This document shows positions 33,124-43,093 of a stretch of 64,000 nucleotides of DNA, in pieces. Within the stretch, counting starts at the first letter, position 1. Every line of letters begins with the position of its first letter. The stretch is from NCBI GenBank assembly GCA_021414225.1, contig JAIOOX010000001.1, positions 6,624 through 70,623 of the forward strand, read 5' to 3'. The notes below the pieces were generated by a model that was not told where the DNA came from, made no database searches, and worked only from the letters and a program-made list of their open reading frames with translations. The translations under genes and the position numbers were made by a program. Source of the DNA: Candidatus Vogelbacteria bacterium (GTDB taxonomy: Bacteria > Patescibacteriota > Minisyncoccia > Phycocordibacterales > XYD1-FULL-46-19).

Positions 33124-34425
33124 TTAGGAGTTGAGCTTGGTTATTAGGCCGGCTATGGTCACCCGTTCTTGCTCACCGCTATCACGATGACGAATGGTGA
33201 CCGTCTCATCTTCAAGGGTATCAAAATCGATAGTCACACAGTAAGGAGTTCCTATCTCATCCTGACGGCGATAACGTTTACCAATATTGCCATTATCATC
33301 AAAGACTACTCGGCCAAAATTGGCTTTTAGTTCAGCAAAGATCGTTCGAGCCTTAGCAATTAATTCTGGTTTATTTTTAAGAAGTGGGAAAACAGCCACT
33401 AGCACAGGGGCGACACTAGGGGCTAAAGCCAAATAACTTCGAGCCTCTCCATTCATTTCATCTTCTCGATAAGCATCACTCAATACAGCTAGAACTGTTC
33501 GATCTACCCCAAAAGACGGTTCAATGACATGTGGAATAAAACGTTCTTTAGACTCTTCATCGTAGTACGACAAGTCAACAGTGGAGTTTTCCGAATGCTT
33601 TTTGAGATCGTAGTCGGTTCGATAAGCTAAACCATAAAGCTCCTTGCGACCAAAAGGAAAATCAAATTCAAAATCAATTGTTCTTTCAGAATAATGGGCC
33701 CGGTCTTCCGCTGCCACCTCCAACTCATGAACATGTCCAGCCTCCAAGCCAATCTCCGCATTAAAAGCCAAGACTTCCAATCTTAACTCTTCAAAAGCTT
33801 TTTGCCAGTCGATCGGCTTAACAAAATATTCAATTTCCATTTGCTCAAACTCTCGAGTTCTAAACACAAAATCCCGAGGCGCTATTTCGTTACGAAAAGC
33901 CTTTCCAATCTGAGCCAAACCAAACGGCAATTTGGGATGAAAAGAGTCCAGCACATTTTTGAAGTTCACAAACATCCCCTGAGCTGTTTCTGGTCGTAAA
34001 TAAGACACTGATGTTTCGTCTTGGACTGCCCCCACATTAGTTTTAAACATCATATTAAAAGCTTTCTCAGCTCCTAAAGCTCCCCCGCAGTCTGGACATT
34101 TTTCTTTGTCAGCTAAGTGATCAGCTCTAAAACGTTTTTGACACTTAACACATTCAACCAAGGGGTCAGCAAATCCATCCACGTGACCTGAAGCTTGCCA
34201 CACATTTTGATTCATCAAAATAGCCGCATCAAAACCATACATATCCTCTCGATCGTCTACAAACCGCTTCCACCACAACCGTTTAATATTATTTTTAAGC
34301 GCTACCCCTAAAGGGCCGTAATCCCAAGTCCCAGCCAGGCCACCATAAATTTCCGAGCCCTGGTAAATAAAACCGCGCCTCTTAGCTAAACTAACTATCT
34401 TTTCCATCGTTTTCTCTGTATCCAT
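33124..34425 (-). CDS. glyQS: Glycyl-tRNA synthetase (class II, alpha2 type)
   Basis: Class II motifs, N-terminal WDYGPLGV, and a C-terminal anticodon-binding domain. Confidence 0.85.
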   Translation of the reverse strand: MDTEKTMEKIVSLAKRRGFIYQGSEIYGGLAGTWDYGPLGVALKNNIKRLWWKRFVDDREDMYGFDAAILMNQNVWQASGHVDGFADPLVECVKCQKRFRADHLADKEKCPDCGGALGAEKAFNMMFKTNVGAVQDETSVSYLRPETAQGMFVNFKNVLDSFHPKLPFGLAQIGKAFRNEIAPRDFVFRTREFEQMEIEYFVKPIDWQKAFEELRLEVLAFNAEIGLEAGHVHELEVAAEDRAHYSERTIDFEFDFPFGRKELYGLAYRTDYDLKKHSENSTVDLSYYDEESKERFIPHVIEPSFGVDRTVLAVLSDAYREDEMNGEARSYLALAPSVAPVLVAVFPLLKNKPELIAKARTIFAELKANFGRVVFDDNGNIGKRYRRQDEIGTPYCVTIDFDTLEDETVTIRHRDSGEQERVTIAGLITKLNS

Positions 34426-34430
34426 GACTC

Positions 34431-36353
34431 TTACTCTACCACCAAACCGTCCTTAACTTCAAACCCTGGCTCTGATAACAAACTAGTGTTTAAAGTATTT
34501 TTAGTATCTTGTAAAGTATTATTAGTAAAAAGATCAACCCCAGATAATAGGATATTTTTGACTATAACCGCCGGCCGCTGACGATCAGTAAGACTAGGAG
34601 TAAGCCCTACTTTGAAGATCACTTCCCTAGGAGCCATTTTAACCCCTGTTCCTGCTACTACCCTACCTAGATCCCACCGCACCTCACTAGTGACCGGGTT
34701 ATAAGTTACTTTTTCCGACTTGGGAGTTGTTTCTCCGATAAATCTCACCCCTTGAGGCAAGACCACCTTAACATAGGAATCACTAACATCATTTGAGGTG
34801 TTCAAAACAGATATATCAATAGAATAAGTGGTCTCTTGATCCACCTTTGGCGGGATTGGACCAGTATTGGTCAGAGGCCCGGTCTGGTGAAGCACTTTGG
34901 CTGATAAGCGCAAAATAGAATTCAATTTAATCTTTCGACTAATTTTGGTTTCAATATTTTCAGTTGGAAAGCCCTCAGAAATTCTCGTCCCTCGAATCAC
35001 CGCATTAAGTTTAATAGTTGGATTAACAATACCAGCCATCGCTTGATCAAACAAAGAGTAAGAGTTGAACGTAAAAGAAGTTTTACCAGACTCAAGCGAA
35101 GTTATATCAGCCAACTTAGGTTCAGCCACTTGTGTCCAACTAATCGTTCCATCACTCACTCGATAAAAACCCGTGCCTGGAGAAACACTAGATTTATTAA
35201 AAGGCTCTCCCGACAAACTCACTTCTAGCTGATTATTGACCACCTTACTAGCCAAACTATTAATCCAGTTTAAATCAACCCGAATAGTGCCCCCACTGGT
35301 CACCACCGGTTCAATAGAAGCACTACCATTAATACTTGTATCCAGAGCAATAAACGGTTGCTTTAGGGTTATAGTCTTAAACACTTCAGTAAATTTTGTT
35401 TCAATCGCTCCTTCATCAATAATATCCTGAACTCCAAGTAAAGCCTGAAAAATCTTTACCTCTTGATTAACTCCTGTTAGTCGGCCCTTAATAGTAAAAT
35501 TCTGCTCACTCCCGGATTTTATCTCACCCAAAACCCAAAAGTTGTTGTCTTTGGTTGGCTCTAAGGTCGAACTGATAAATTCAAATCCTCGGGGATAGCT
35601 GATCTGCAAAGCAATCCCCCGCAACACTGATTGAGCGTTAGAAGTAATTTTAACATCTAAGGAAACTTCATGGTCAACTATCGATTCTGGAACAGCTGTA
35701 ATCGCAATACTAACCGGCGGTGAGCTAATAATTAAATTATATTTGGAATCTTTTTGATAGACCGCATTCGATCCGTAAACTCGATAAGCAATCGAACCAG
35801 TCACTTCTCTGGCTTCGTTTTCATTACCAAATAAAGCCGCCGAGACTGACTTGTTGATAGTTTCACCGGGAGCAATACTACCAACTGGTAATTCTACTTT
35901 ACGTAATGGTACAGTAGCATCACCAGGTTGTTTAGTATCGTTAGGATACTCAACCGTTAAGACCACTTGATCTAGGGCTAATTTATTACGATTAGTTATG
36001 ATAATTTGAAAATTTGTTTCGTCGCCAGCCTTGGTAGTAGCGGGACCACTAATAGAAAAATCAATATTACGATTGGAGATTAAATTGGCTCCCTGAAAAA
36101 ACCAAAATCCAGCGACCGCCAGAGTTAAAGCAAAAAAAATAGCCGAGATTAAAGCTAATTTATAGAGAAAGCCTTTTGTAAAACTATCATTATTTGAAGT
36201 GATGGCCTGATTGGAATCAGTCCAAACTGGGACCACTTCTTGGTATTTAGGAGATAATTTTGATCGCCTTACTCCCCCAACAGAAACATCTCGATCGTAT
36301 AATCTTTTCTTTAATTCCTCGATCCGATTAAATTCTTCATTATTAGCGTTCAT
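34431..36353 (-). CDS. Large hypothetical membrane-anchored extracytoplasmic protein
   Basis: 640 aa. One TM helix after about 70 cytoplasmic residues, then a beta-rich repetitive region. Confidence 0.45.
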   Translation of the reverse strand: MNANNEEFNRIEELKKRLYDRDVSVGGVRRSKLSPKYQEVVPVWTDSNQAITSNNDSFTKGFLYKLALISAIFFALTLAVAGFWFFQGANLISNRNIDFSISGPATTKAGDETNFQIIITNRNKLALDQVVLTVEYPNDTKQPGDATVPLRKVELPVGSIAPGETINKSVSAALFGNENEAREVTGSIAYRVYGSNAVYQKDSKYNLIISSPPVSIAITAVPESIVDHEVSLDVKITSNAQSVLRGIALQISYPRGFEFISSTLEPTKDNNFWVLGEIKSGSEQNFTIKGRLTGVNQEVKIFQALLGVQDIIDEGAIETKFTEVFKTITLKQPFIALDTSINGSASIEPVVTSGGTIRVDLNWINSLASKVVNNQLEVSLSGEPFNKSSVSPGTGFYRVSDGTISWTQVAEPKLADITSLESGKTSFTFNSYSLFDQAMAGIVNPTIKLNAVIRGTRISEGFPTENIETKISRKIKLNSILRLSAKVLHQTGPLTNTGPIPPKVDQETTYSIDISVLNTSNDVSDSYVKVVLPQGVRFIGETTPKSEKVTYNPVTSEVRWDLGRVVAGTGVKMAPREVIFKVGLTPSLTDRQRPAVIVKNILLSGVDLFTNNTLQDTKNTLNTSLLSEPGFEVKDGLVVE

Positions 36354-36390
36354 CTAATAATTATACCATGAGTAGAGTTCGTCAAAAATA

Positions 36391-36987
36391 CTACAGGTGA
36401 GTAGCCTTGAGTGAGTTGTTAATAGTCTGAATCATTGGTCGACGGACAGCGTCTAATTTAATTTGAGCTAAGTCTGTCCAAGAGAAATGGTCGATGAAGA
36501 TCCGTAATTCTGGAATATCAGGAATGTAACCTAAGTGGTGCAGAACTCGCAATAAAGTAACGAGCTCAATGTTTTCTAATTCTAAATGACGCCCTTGATC
36601 AACAACCAAACTAATCTGTTTGAACGAGCCTAAAATATCGTCAAACAGAACAGGGTGACTATCCTCACCCTTAACCAACCTTTTGACCACGTTGATAATT
36701 TGTCCCACAACCAGTCGAGCGGATTTATGTTTAACAAAAACAGTCGTAAGACCATAATTTTCTACCCCCACCAACCGCCACACTTCCCGACCTCTCACTA
36801 CACTCAGTCTAATATAACTATACAAAGATAGATGTGGTCTTAATTTAGATTCTGGACGACGATAAGCTTTAACGTGAACAAAAATTAAACCTAAATCTCT
36901 CGTAAAAACACCCACTCGAGCATCCCACTCACTGACACTCGTTTTCGAGATCACAACACCATCCGTGTGATATATGTGATGAGCCAT
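36391..36987 (-). CDS. recO: DNA repair protein RecO
   Basis: N-terminal OB-fold-like region and a RecO-like helical region (ELVTLLRVLHHLGYIPDI, compare RecO ELALLGHLGY). Confidence 0.6.
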   Translation of the reverse strand: MAHHIYHTDGVVISKTSVSEWDARVGVFTRDLGLIFVHVKAYRRPESKLRPHLSLYSYIRLSVVRGREVWRLVGVENYGLTTVFVKHKSARLVVGQIINVVKRLVKGEDSHPVLFDDILGSFKQISLVVDQGRHLELENIELVTLLRVLHHLGYIPDIPELRIFIDHFSWTDLAQIKLDAVRRPMIQTINNSLKATHL

Positions 36988-36990
36988 AAT

Positions 36991-39900
36991 TTAACGTAAA
37001 GCCAAAGAGAAAGATCGACCATCAATCAATAAACTATCAACCCCTGTTATCAGTTCAAACACGATCGATCGAGAGTTGGTTACTCGCAAAATTTCGGTTT
37101 GGTACTTTTCTACTAAAATCTGACTGTCTGGATCAGTACTAATTACCACACTAACAATATCAGTTGGTAATAAACCATTACTTTTACGCAATTCTTGAAT
37201 ATGTCGAATCAAATCTCTAACCAAACCTTCTTCTTTTAACTCAGAGGTAATATTTGTATCCAACTGGACAGGTTCGGACAGGGTCTCATCAACCGAAACA
37301 TTTTTTACATTAACCTCTTCAGCGATCATGACTAAGTAGGCCGGACTTAATGTCTTTTTAATCATCAATTGAGCTAGTGGTTGGCGAACTTTAATTCCCG
37401 CTTCAGCTCTCAAGCGCAATCCCTGCTCAACAATAATTCTAGCTTCGGCCATATCAGCAATCACTACTTCATCAAAAGAAGTGGCCACAGGCCAGTCAGT
37501 TAGGTGGACACTAATTTGATCTTCGGGATTTTTTAATTTTTGGAAAATATCTTCAGCTATAAACGGTGTAAGCGGGGCCATTATTTTAGCTAAGACAAGT
37601 AAGACGTGACTAGTGGTTATTTTGACCAAAGTCCGATCTTTTATATCTTCACTTTTAAACCGATCTCGACTACGACGAATATACCAATTGGACAAGTCAT
37701 CAATAAAGTCATCAATTGGTCTAACCGCTCGGTCCAATTCATAGTTATCCAGCGCTTTACCCACCTCTAAAGTGACCTGGTTTAGTCGGCTGGTAATCCA
37801 AAGATCTAAAATGTTGTCAGATTTTTCAGAACCAATCTTCAGATCTTTATCTGCATACATTTCATAGAAAGAAATTACGTTTTGCAGTCGAGCAATGACT
37901 CGCCGACTAGTCTCACTCAGAGTTCGCTCTGAAAAAGCAAACTCCTCCGCTCTAACTGATGGACAACCCAATAAATAAAAGCGTAAAGCATCAGCCCCAT
38001 ATTTATCAATTGTCGGATGAAGGTCTGGATAATTTTTCAATTTCTTACTCATCTTTTGACCGTCTTCCGCCAAAATCAAACCATTCACAATCACATTTTT
38101 AAATACCGGTTTATTAAACAAAGCCGTCGACAAAACAGACAGCGAATAAAACCAGCCTCGAGTTTGGTCTAAACCTTCAGCAATAAAATCAGCTGGGAAA
38201 TTTTGATTAGTCTCAGGATCAAACTGGTTTTTATCTCCAAACGGATAATGCGCTTGGGCGTAAGGCATCGATCCAGACTCAAACCAGCAGTCAAACACAT
38301 CAGATACTCGAATAAGATTTCCACCACATGAACAGGTCCACTTAAATTCATCAATGTATGGGCGATGAAGATCTAACTCATAATTTTTATTATGAGGATA
38401 TGACCTAACCACCGCCTCTCTAGCTTCACCAGTTTTGAAATACAAGTCACTCCATTTTTCTATTTTTAATAAGTCGTCAATTGTTTTGAAATTCAAATAC
38501 TGTTCCGCCAAGAACAGTGGTAAACCATGAGAAACAACCAGGATTGTTTCATTTTCATGACTATTATTAATATCCATGATAGCACCCAACATTCGAGCTG
38601 ATATTTCATGAATAGTTTCCCCTCCAGGTAAAGCCTTAAAGAAACGTTCATTTCTATTTTTAAACTGGGCATTAAATTCCGCCCAAGGTTTACCATTAAA
38701 GCCCCCGGTTTTAAGTTCTCTTATTTTCTCTTCAGTAACAATATCCTCGATTGGAAAACCGATCGTCTCCGCCACCAATTTGGCTGTCTCTTGAGTCCGC
38801 ACAAATGGTGAGGCAAAGATTTTAGTTATACCTATATCTTTCAAACCACTCGCTGTTTTTGATACCTGACTCCTACCAGTCTCACTTAATTTATTAACTT
38901 CAGTTGGATCATCACTAATAACATCTCGAACATTACCACCAGCTTCACCATGGCGCATCAAAATAAATTTATTTCCACGAGTTGGAAGTTTGCTCACCAA
39001 ATCCTCCACCGAACCAAGGACTTCGCTTTTTTCACAAGAATCACATTTCCAGACCGGCAGTGGTGCTCCCCAAAAACGGGATCGAGAAATAGCCCAATCG
39101 CGAGCCCCTTCTAACCATTTACCGAACCTCCCATCTTTAATATGATCGGGAATCCAGTTGATCTGCTGATTATTAGCAATTAGCTTATCTTTAAAATCAG
39201 TTACTTTTACAAACCACGACGAGGAGGCGTAGTTGAGAAGTGGTGTATCACAGCGCCAACAGTGAGGATAGGAGTGGACGATTTTTTCTTTGGCAAATAA
39301 CACCTCTTTGGCGGCTAGTAGTTTAATCACTTCAATATCAGTCGCCTGGTGGTCGTCTTTTGGTTTAGCTTGTTTACCAGCCAGATCAGTCACTTCTAGT
39401 TTGAATTCCCCGTTGGTGCCCACATGCTGAATAAAAGGCAGATTGTATTGCTGACCCAACTTCATATCATCTTCACCAAAAGCCGGTGCAATATGGACAA
39501 TCCCTGTCCCATCTTCAGTTGTCACAAAATCAGCTCCATAAACTTGCCAACCGTTATCACGATTGACTAATTTTTCATCTTTGGAGTAATGATCAAATAC
39601 TGGTTTATATTTTTTACCAACCAATTTTTCCCCATTAAATTGTTCAACGATTTCATAATCACTCTTCAGGTTTTTTTCAACTAAGTTTTTGGCGAGAATA
39701 TAAAATTTACCATCCTTAACCACTTTCACATATTCAACTTCTTTGTTAACCGCCAAAGCCACGTTACCAGACAAGGTCCAAGGTGTCGTTGTCCAAGCCA
39801 ATAAATAGGTCCCTGGTTCATCAACTAGTTCAAATTTTACTGTCACTGAGATATCAGTAATGTCTTTATAGCCCTGATTAACTTCAAAGTTAGATAAAGT

Positions 39901-40464
39901 AGTCTCACAACGCGGACACAATTGCATTGACTTAAACCCTTGGTAAATCAAATTTTTGTCATGGAGAATTTTAAAAATCCACCAAATTGATTCGGTGTAA
40001 GTAGGATTCATAGTTTTATAATCATTCTCCATGTCCACCCAGCGACCCATGCGGTAAATAACCTCTTTCCAATCAGAAGCATAACGAAGCACACTCGCTC
40101 GAGCGGCTTCGTTAAAAACATCGATTCCTAAAGTCTCAATGTCTTTTTTAACTTTTAACCCCAACTCTTTCTCAACCACATTCTCAACCGGTAAGCCATG
40201 ACAGTCCCAACCCCAGCGTCTAAAGACCCGCTTCCCTTTCATGGTTTGATAGCGAGGAATAGCATCTTTAATCGAGGTTGGCAATAAGTGACCAAAGTGG
40301 GGCAAGCCATTGGCAAATGGCGGACCATCATAAAAAACAAAATCCCCCGCTTTACCCGGCCGACTTTCGGTCTGTTCAAAAATTTTATTGGTACGCCAAA
40401 ACTCCAGAATTTCTTCTTCACGTTTGGCGACATTACTTTTTGTTTCTTTTTCTGGTTCAGCCAT
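36991..40464 (-). CDS. ileS: Isoleucyl-tRNA synthetase, type 2 (eukaryote-like), with an inserted histidine-phosphatase domain
   Basis: HIGH motif PPFANGLPHFGH, editing-domain signature WTTTPWTL, a zinc-knuckle CWRCDTP, and KMSKKLKNYPD (type-2 KMSKS). 1157 aa, with an insert of about 200 aa at residues 495-695. Confidence 0.9.
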   Translation of the reverse strand: MAEPEKETKSNVAKREEEILEFWRTNKIFEQTESRPGKAGDFVFYDGPPFANGLPHFGHLLPTSIKDAIPRYQTMKGKRVFRRWGWDCHGLPVENVVEKELGLKVKKDIETLGIDVFNEAARASVLRYASDWKEVIYRMGRWVDMENDYKTMNPTYTESIWWIFKILHDKNLIYQGFKSMQLCPRCETTLSNFEVNQGYKDITDISVTVKFELVDEPGTYLLAWTTTPWTLSGNVALAVNKEVEYVKVVKDGKFYILAKNLVEKNLKSDYEIVEQFNGEKLVGKKYKPVFDHYSKDEKLVNRDNGWQVYGADFVTTEDGTGIVHIAPAFGEDDMKLGQQYNLPFIQHVGTNGEFKLEVTDLAGKQAKPKDDHQATDIEVIKLLAAKEVLFAKEKIVHSYPHCWRCDTPLLNYASSSWFVKVTDFKDKLIANNQQINWIPDHIKDGRFGKWLEGARDWAISRSRFWGAPLPVWKCDSCEKSEVLGSVEDLVSKLPTRGNKFILMRHGEAGGNVRDVISDDPTEVNKLSETGRSQVSKTASGLKDIGITKIFASPFVRTQETAKLVAETIGFPIEDIVTEEKIRELKTGGFNGKPWAEFNAQFKNRNERFFKALPGGETIHEISARMLGAIMDINNSHENETILVVSHGLPLFLAEQYLNFKTIDDLLKIEKWSDLYFKTGEAREAVVRSYPHNKNYELDLHRPYIDEFKWTCSCGGNLIRVSDVFDCWFESGSMPYAQAHYPFGDKNQFDPETNQNFPADFIAEGLDQTRGWFYSLSVLSTALFNKPVFKNVIVNGLILAEDGQKMSKKLKNYPDLHPTIDKYGADALRFYLLGCPSVRAEEFAFSERTLSETSRRVIARLQNVISFYEMYADKDLKIGSEKSDNILDLWITSRLNQVTLEVGKALDNYELDRAVRPIDDFIDDLSNWYIRRSRDRFKSEDIKDRTLVKITTSHVLLVLAKIMAPLTPFIAEDIFQKLKNPEDQISVHLTDWPVATSFDEVVIADMAEARIIVEQGLRLRAEAGIKVRQPLAQLMIKKTLSPAYLVMIAEEVNVKNVSVDETLSEPVQLDTNITSELKEEGLVRDLIRHIQELRKSNGLLPTDIVSVVISTDPDSQILVEKYQTEILRVTNSRSIVFELITGVDSLLIDGRSFSLALR

Positions 40465-40467
40465 AGG

Positions 40468-42186
40468 TTACATCTTATCGGGTGCTACTATTCCGAGCAA
40501 GTACAGACCATTCTTCATCACAATCGAGAAACTTTCAGTCAAAGCTACTTTATAACCCGACTCCAAATCATTAGCGTCAACGATTTTATTTTGAGCGTAA
40601 AAGTTATTGAAGCTAGCAGCCAGTTCTAACAAATAGGTCACAATATAGTGTGGAGAGAATTCTTTGCCGGCTCGTTCCACCACTTCTGGAAAACGATAAA
40701 GTAACTTTTCTAACACATAAATTTCCTCCACTGTTTTCTTGGTTGTTTTTTCAATACCAGCCTTATTGGCTTTGTCTAAAATAGATTTAGCTCTCGTGTA
40801 AGCGTATTGCAAATAAGGACCAGAATCACCTTCAAACGAGATCGATTTGTCAAAATCAAAAATCACGTCTTTTCCAGGTGCCTGACGCAAGATGGAGAAT
40901 TTGATAGCCCCAACCGCTACCGCCTCGACCACCTGGGCTTTGGTCGCCTGATCATAGTCACGATCTTTAATTTTATCAGCTACCATCTTTTTTATATCTT
41001 CAATTATCGAGACAGCTGTAATCACGTCACCGGTCCGTGAAGACATCTTACCAGACGGCAATCGCAACATACCATGAGACAAGTGAACCGTTTTCTCTGC
41101 TAGTTGAGGAAAAACCAACTCCATAGCCTTTAAAACTACTTTGAAGTAGTCATTGACCTCATTGCCGGTTATCACAACCGATAAATCATAAGGATAGTCT
41201 TCATATTTTATATGAGCTAAACCAAGTTCCTTAGCTTCATAAGTTGGCAAACCTTCTGAGTTTATAAAAACCCGAGTATGCAAACCAAAGTCTTCGCCTG
41301 GGAAAATAATCGCCCCATCGCTTTGTTTAAAAATATCCTTCTTGAGGGAATCCATTACTATCTTCTGACCAAAGTCCCCGGTCGCACTCTCAAAAAAGAA
41401 GTGGTCAAACTTAGTACCAAGTATTTTGTAAATCGAATTAAAGTAGTCTAGACTCCAGTTTTTACCGGTATCATAATAGTAATTAGTTGAATTATTATTC
41501 CTTAAATAAATTTCTTTATTCAGCTCAATTATTAATTGCTTCACCTCTGGATTAGATTCATATTCTTTAGCTCCAAAACTATAAGCGCGACCCAAAAAGT
41601 TAGCACGGGTCGTTTCGTCACCCAGTAATTTAACTTTCCAAAAATCAAACTTCTGATGTTGTAAACCATAAACCGCTTTCGCAATATGCAAACCTACATC
41701 ACCTTGATAACAAGCTCGGTGCAACTCTGCTCCACTGTAGCCAATAACCCTAGAAATAGATTCACCAATAATATTAGACATCAAGTGACCCAAATGAAAT
41801 TCTTTAAACGGATTAGGGTCTGTATATTCAACAATTACTTTTTTATTTTTTAAATTATTGTTAGCTCCGTAACTAGCCCCATTTTTACCAATCATCTCCA
41901 GACTATCACCAAAAAAACTAGGAGCTAGGTAGAAATTAATAAAGCCAAAACCAGCAATCTCCACTTTTTCTAATCCCGCTATTGGTTGTTTATTGAAGGC
42001 CGCCACAATCGCCCGAGCCACTTCCAAAGGACTCATCTCCAGCTTTTTACCATAAACCAGGGCAACATTGGTCGAATAGTCACCATGAGATAAGTCGCCT
42101 GGATGTTCTAAGACTACCTGAGGTCTTTTAACCCCAAGCTCTTTAAGTGCCTCCCCAATAATTCGGTTAATATCGTTAGTTACCAT
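40468..42186 (-). CDS. argS: Arginyl-tRNA synthetase
   Basis: N-terminal Arg_tRNA_synt_N-like domain, class I HxGH motif (HLGHLMSN), and the typical C-terminal anticodon-binding DALR-type domain ending in M. Confidence 0.88.
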   Translation of the reverse strand: MVTNDINRIIGEALKELGVKRPQVVLEHPGDLSHGDYSTNVALVYGKKLEMSPLEVARAIVAAFNKQPIAGLEKVEIAGFGFINFYLAPSFFGDSLEMIGKNGASYGANNNLKNKKVIVEYTDPNPFKEFHLGHLMSNIIGESISRVIGYSGAELHRACYQGDVGLHIAKAVYGLQHQKFDFWKVKLLGDETTRANFLGRAYSFGAKEYESNPEVKQLIIELNKEIYLRNNNSTNYYYDTGKNWSLDYFNSIYKILGTKFDHFFFESATGDFGQKIVMDSLKKDIFKQSDGAIIFPGEDFGLHTRVFINSEGLPTYEAKELGLAHIKYEDYPYDLSVVITGNEVNDYFKVVLKAMELVFPQLAEKTVHLSHGMLRLPSGKMSSRTGDVITAVSIIEDIKKMVADKIKDRDYDQATKAQVVEAVAVGAIKFSILRQAPGKDVIFDFDKSISFEGDSGPYLQYAYTRAKSILDKANKAGIEKTTKKTVEEIYVLEKLLYRFPEVVERAGKEFSPHYIVTYLLELAASFNNFYAQNKIVDANDLESGYKVALTESFSIVMKNGLYLLGIVAPDKM

Positions 42187-42333
42187 AGCCTATTTGGCTA
42201 TCATAACATAAAAGGCCCCTAGGGAAAGCAGTTTATTTATGACCGTAAATTAGCCTCATAGCCCAATCTAGACTCAAGTGATATAGTTTAATTATTAATA
42301 AAGGTCTTAGTTATTTAAATAAATAAGCTATAT

Positions 42334-42600
42334 ATGAAAAATAAATGTAACCTCGCTTTAGTTGGTTGGATTTTGTTAGCTATCGGTGGTCTAAACTGGG
42401 GCTTAGTTGGTATTAGTTATTTTGTTGAACGAAATTTAAATTTAGTAAACTTGCTGTTTGGCAAAATACCGACCCTAGAAGCAACTGTTTATATTGTCGT
42501 TGGTCTAGCTGCTATCGCTTCATTCCTACATTGTAAATGTAAAAAATGTCAGAATTGTTCTTGCTCTGACTCGAACTGCAATCACTGTAAAGTTCAGTAA
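42334..42600 (+). CDS. DUF378-family small membrane protein with a Cys-rich C-terminal tail
   Basis: ALVGWILLAIGGLNWGLVG matches the DUF378 double-TM signature. The tail is CKCKKCQNCSCSDSNCNHCKVQ. Confidence 0.6.
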   Translation: MKNKCNLALVGWILLAIGGLNWGLVGISYFVERNLNLVNLLFGKIPTLEATVYIVVGLAAIASFLHCKCKKCQNCSCSDSNCNHCKVQ

Positions 42601-42606
42601 TCAACC

Positions 42607-42641
42607 AAAAAAACACCCCTCAATTGAGGGGTGTTTTTTTG
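42607..42641. terminator. Bidirectional rho-independent terminator between the DUF378 gene and dut
   Basis: aaaaaaacacccctcaattgaggggtgttttttt. Confidence 0.7.
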
Positions 42642-42653
42642 GTTGAGGGCAAA

Positions 42654-43079
42654 TTAAGCTCTCCCTGTACTACCAAACCGTCCATCTCCCCGACTCGATT
42701 CTGACATTTCCTCAACCTCTTCCAGGGTGGCAATCTCAACCGGCATAACAACCAGTTGAGCAATTTTATCTCCTTTCTCAATCACATAAGGCTCTTGACC
42801 TAAGTTAATTAAATTAACATTGTACTCCCCTCGATAGCCTGCGTCATAAACTCCACCCATGGTATGAATACCGCCATTTTTTGGCAAACTTCCTTTATCT
42901 TTAACTAGGACCGCAAAGCCATTTGGAAACTCCAAAGCAAAACCAAGAAAAAATATTCTTCTTTCTCCAGGCTGTAATTCATATCTTTCAAGGGAAAATA
43001 AATCTAAACCAACATCGCCAGGATGAGCATAAGAAGGCAATTTAGCTTCTGGGTTAAGTTTCTTGATTTTTAAATTCAT
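42654..43079 (-). CDS. dut: dUTP diphosphatase
   Basis: dUTPase motifs (AHPGDVGLDLF, GERRIFFLGFA, SSRGDGRFGSTG). Confidence 0.9.
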   Translation of the reverse strand: MNLKIKKLNPEAKLPSYAHPGDVGLDLFSLERYELQPGERRIFFLGFALEFPNGFAVLVKDKGSLPKNGGIHTMGGVYDAGYRGEYNVNLINLGQEPYVIEKGDKIAQLVVMPVEIATLEEVEEMSESSRGDGRFGSTGRA

Positions 43080-43093
43080 ATTTATATCTAAAT

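Noticed and set aside
30563-42333. T-box riboswitch leaders upstream of metG, glyQS, ileS and argS
   Set aside because: The genes are tightly packed with spacers of 3-40 nt. The 147-nt argS upstream region is too short and lacks specifier or T-box motifs.
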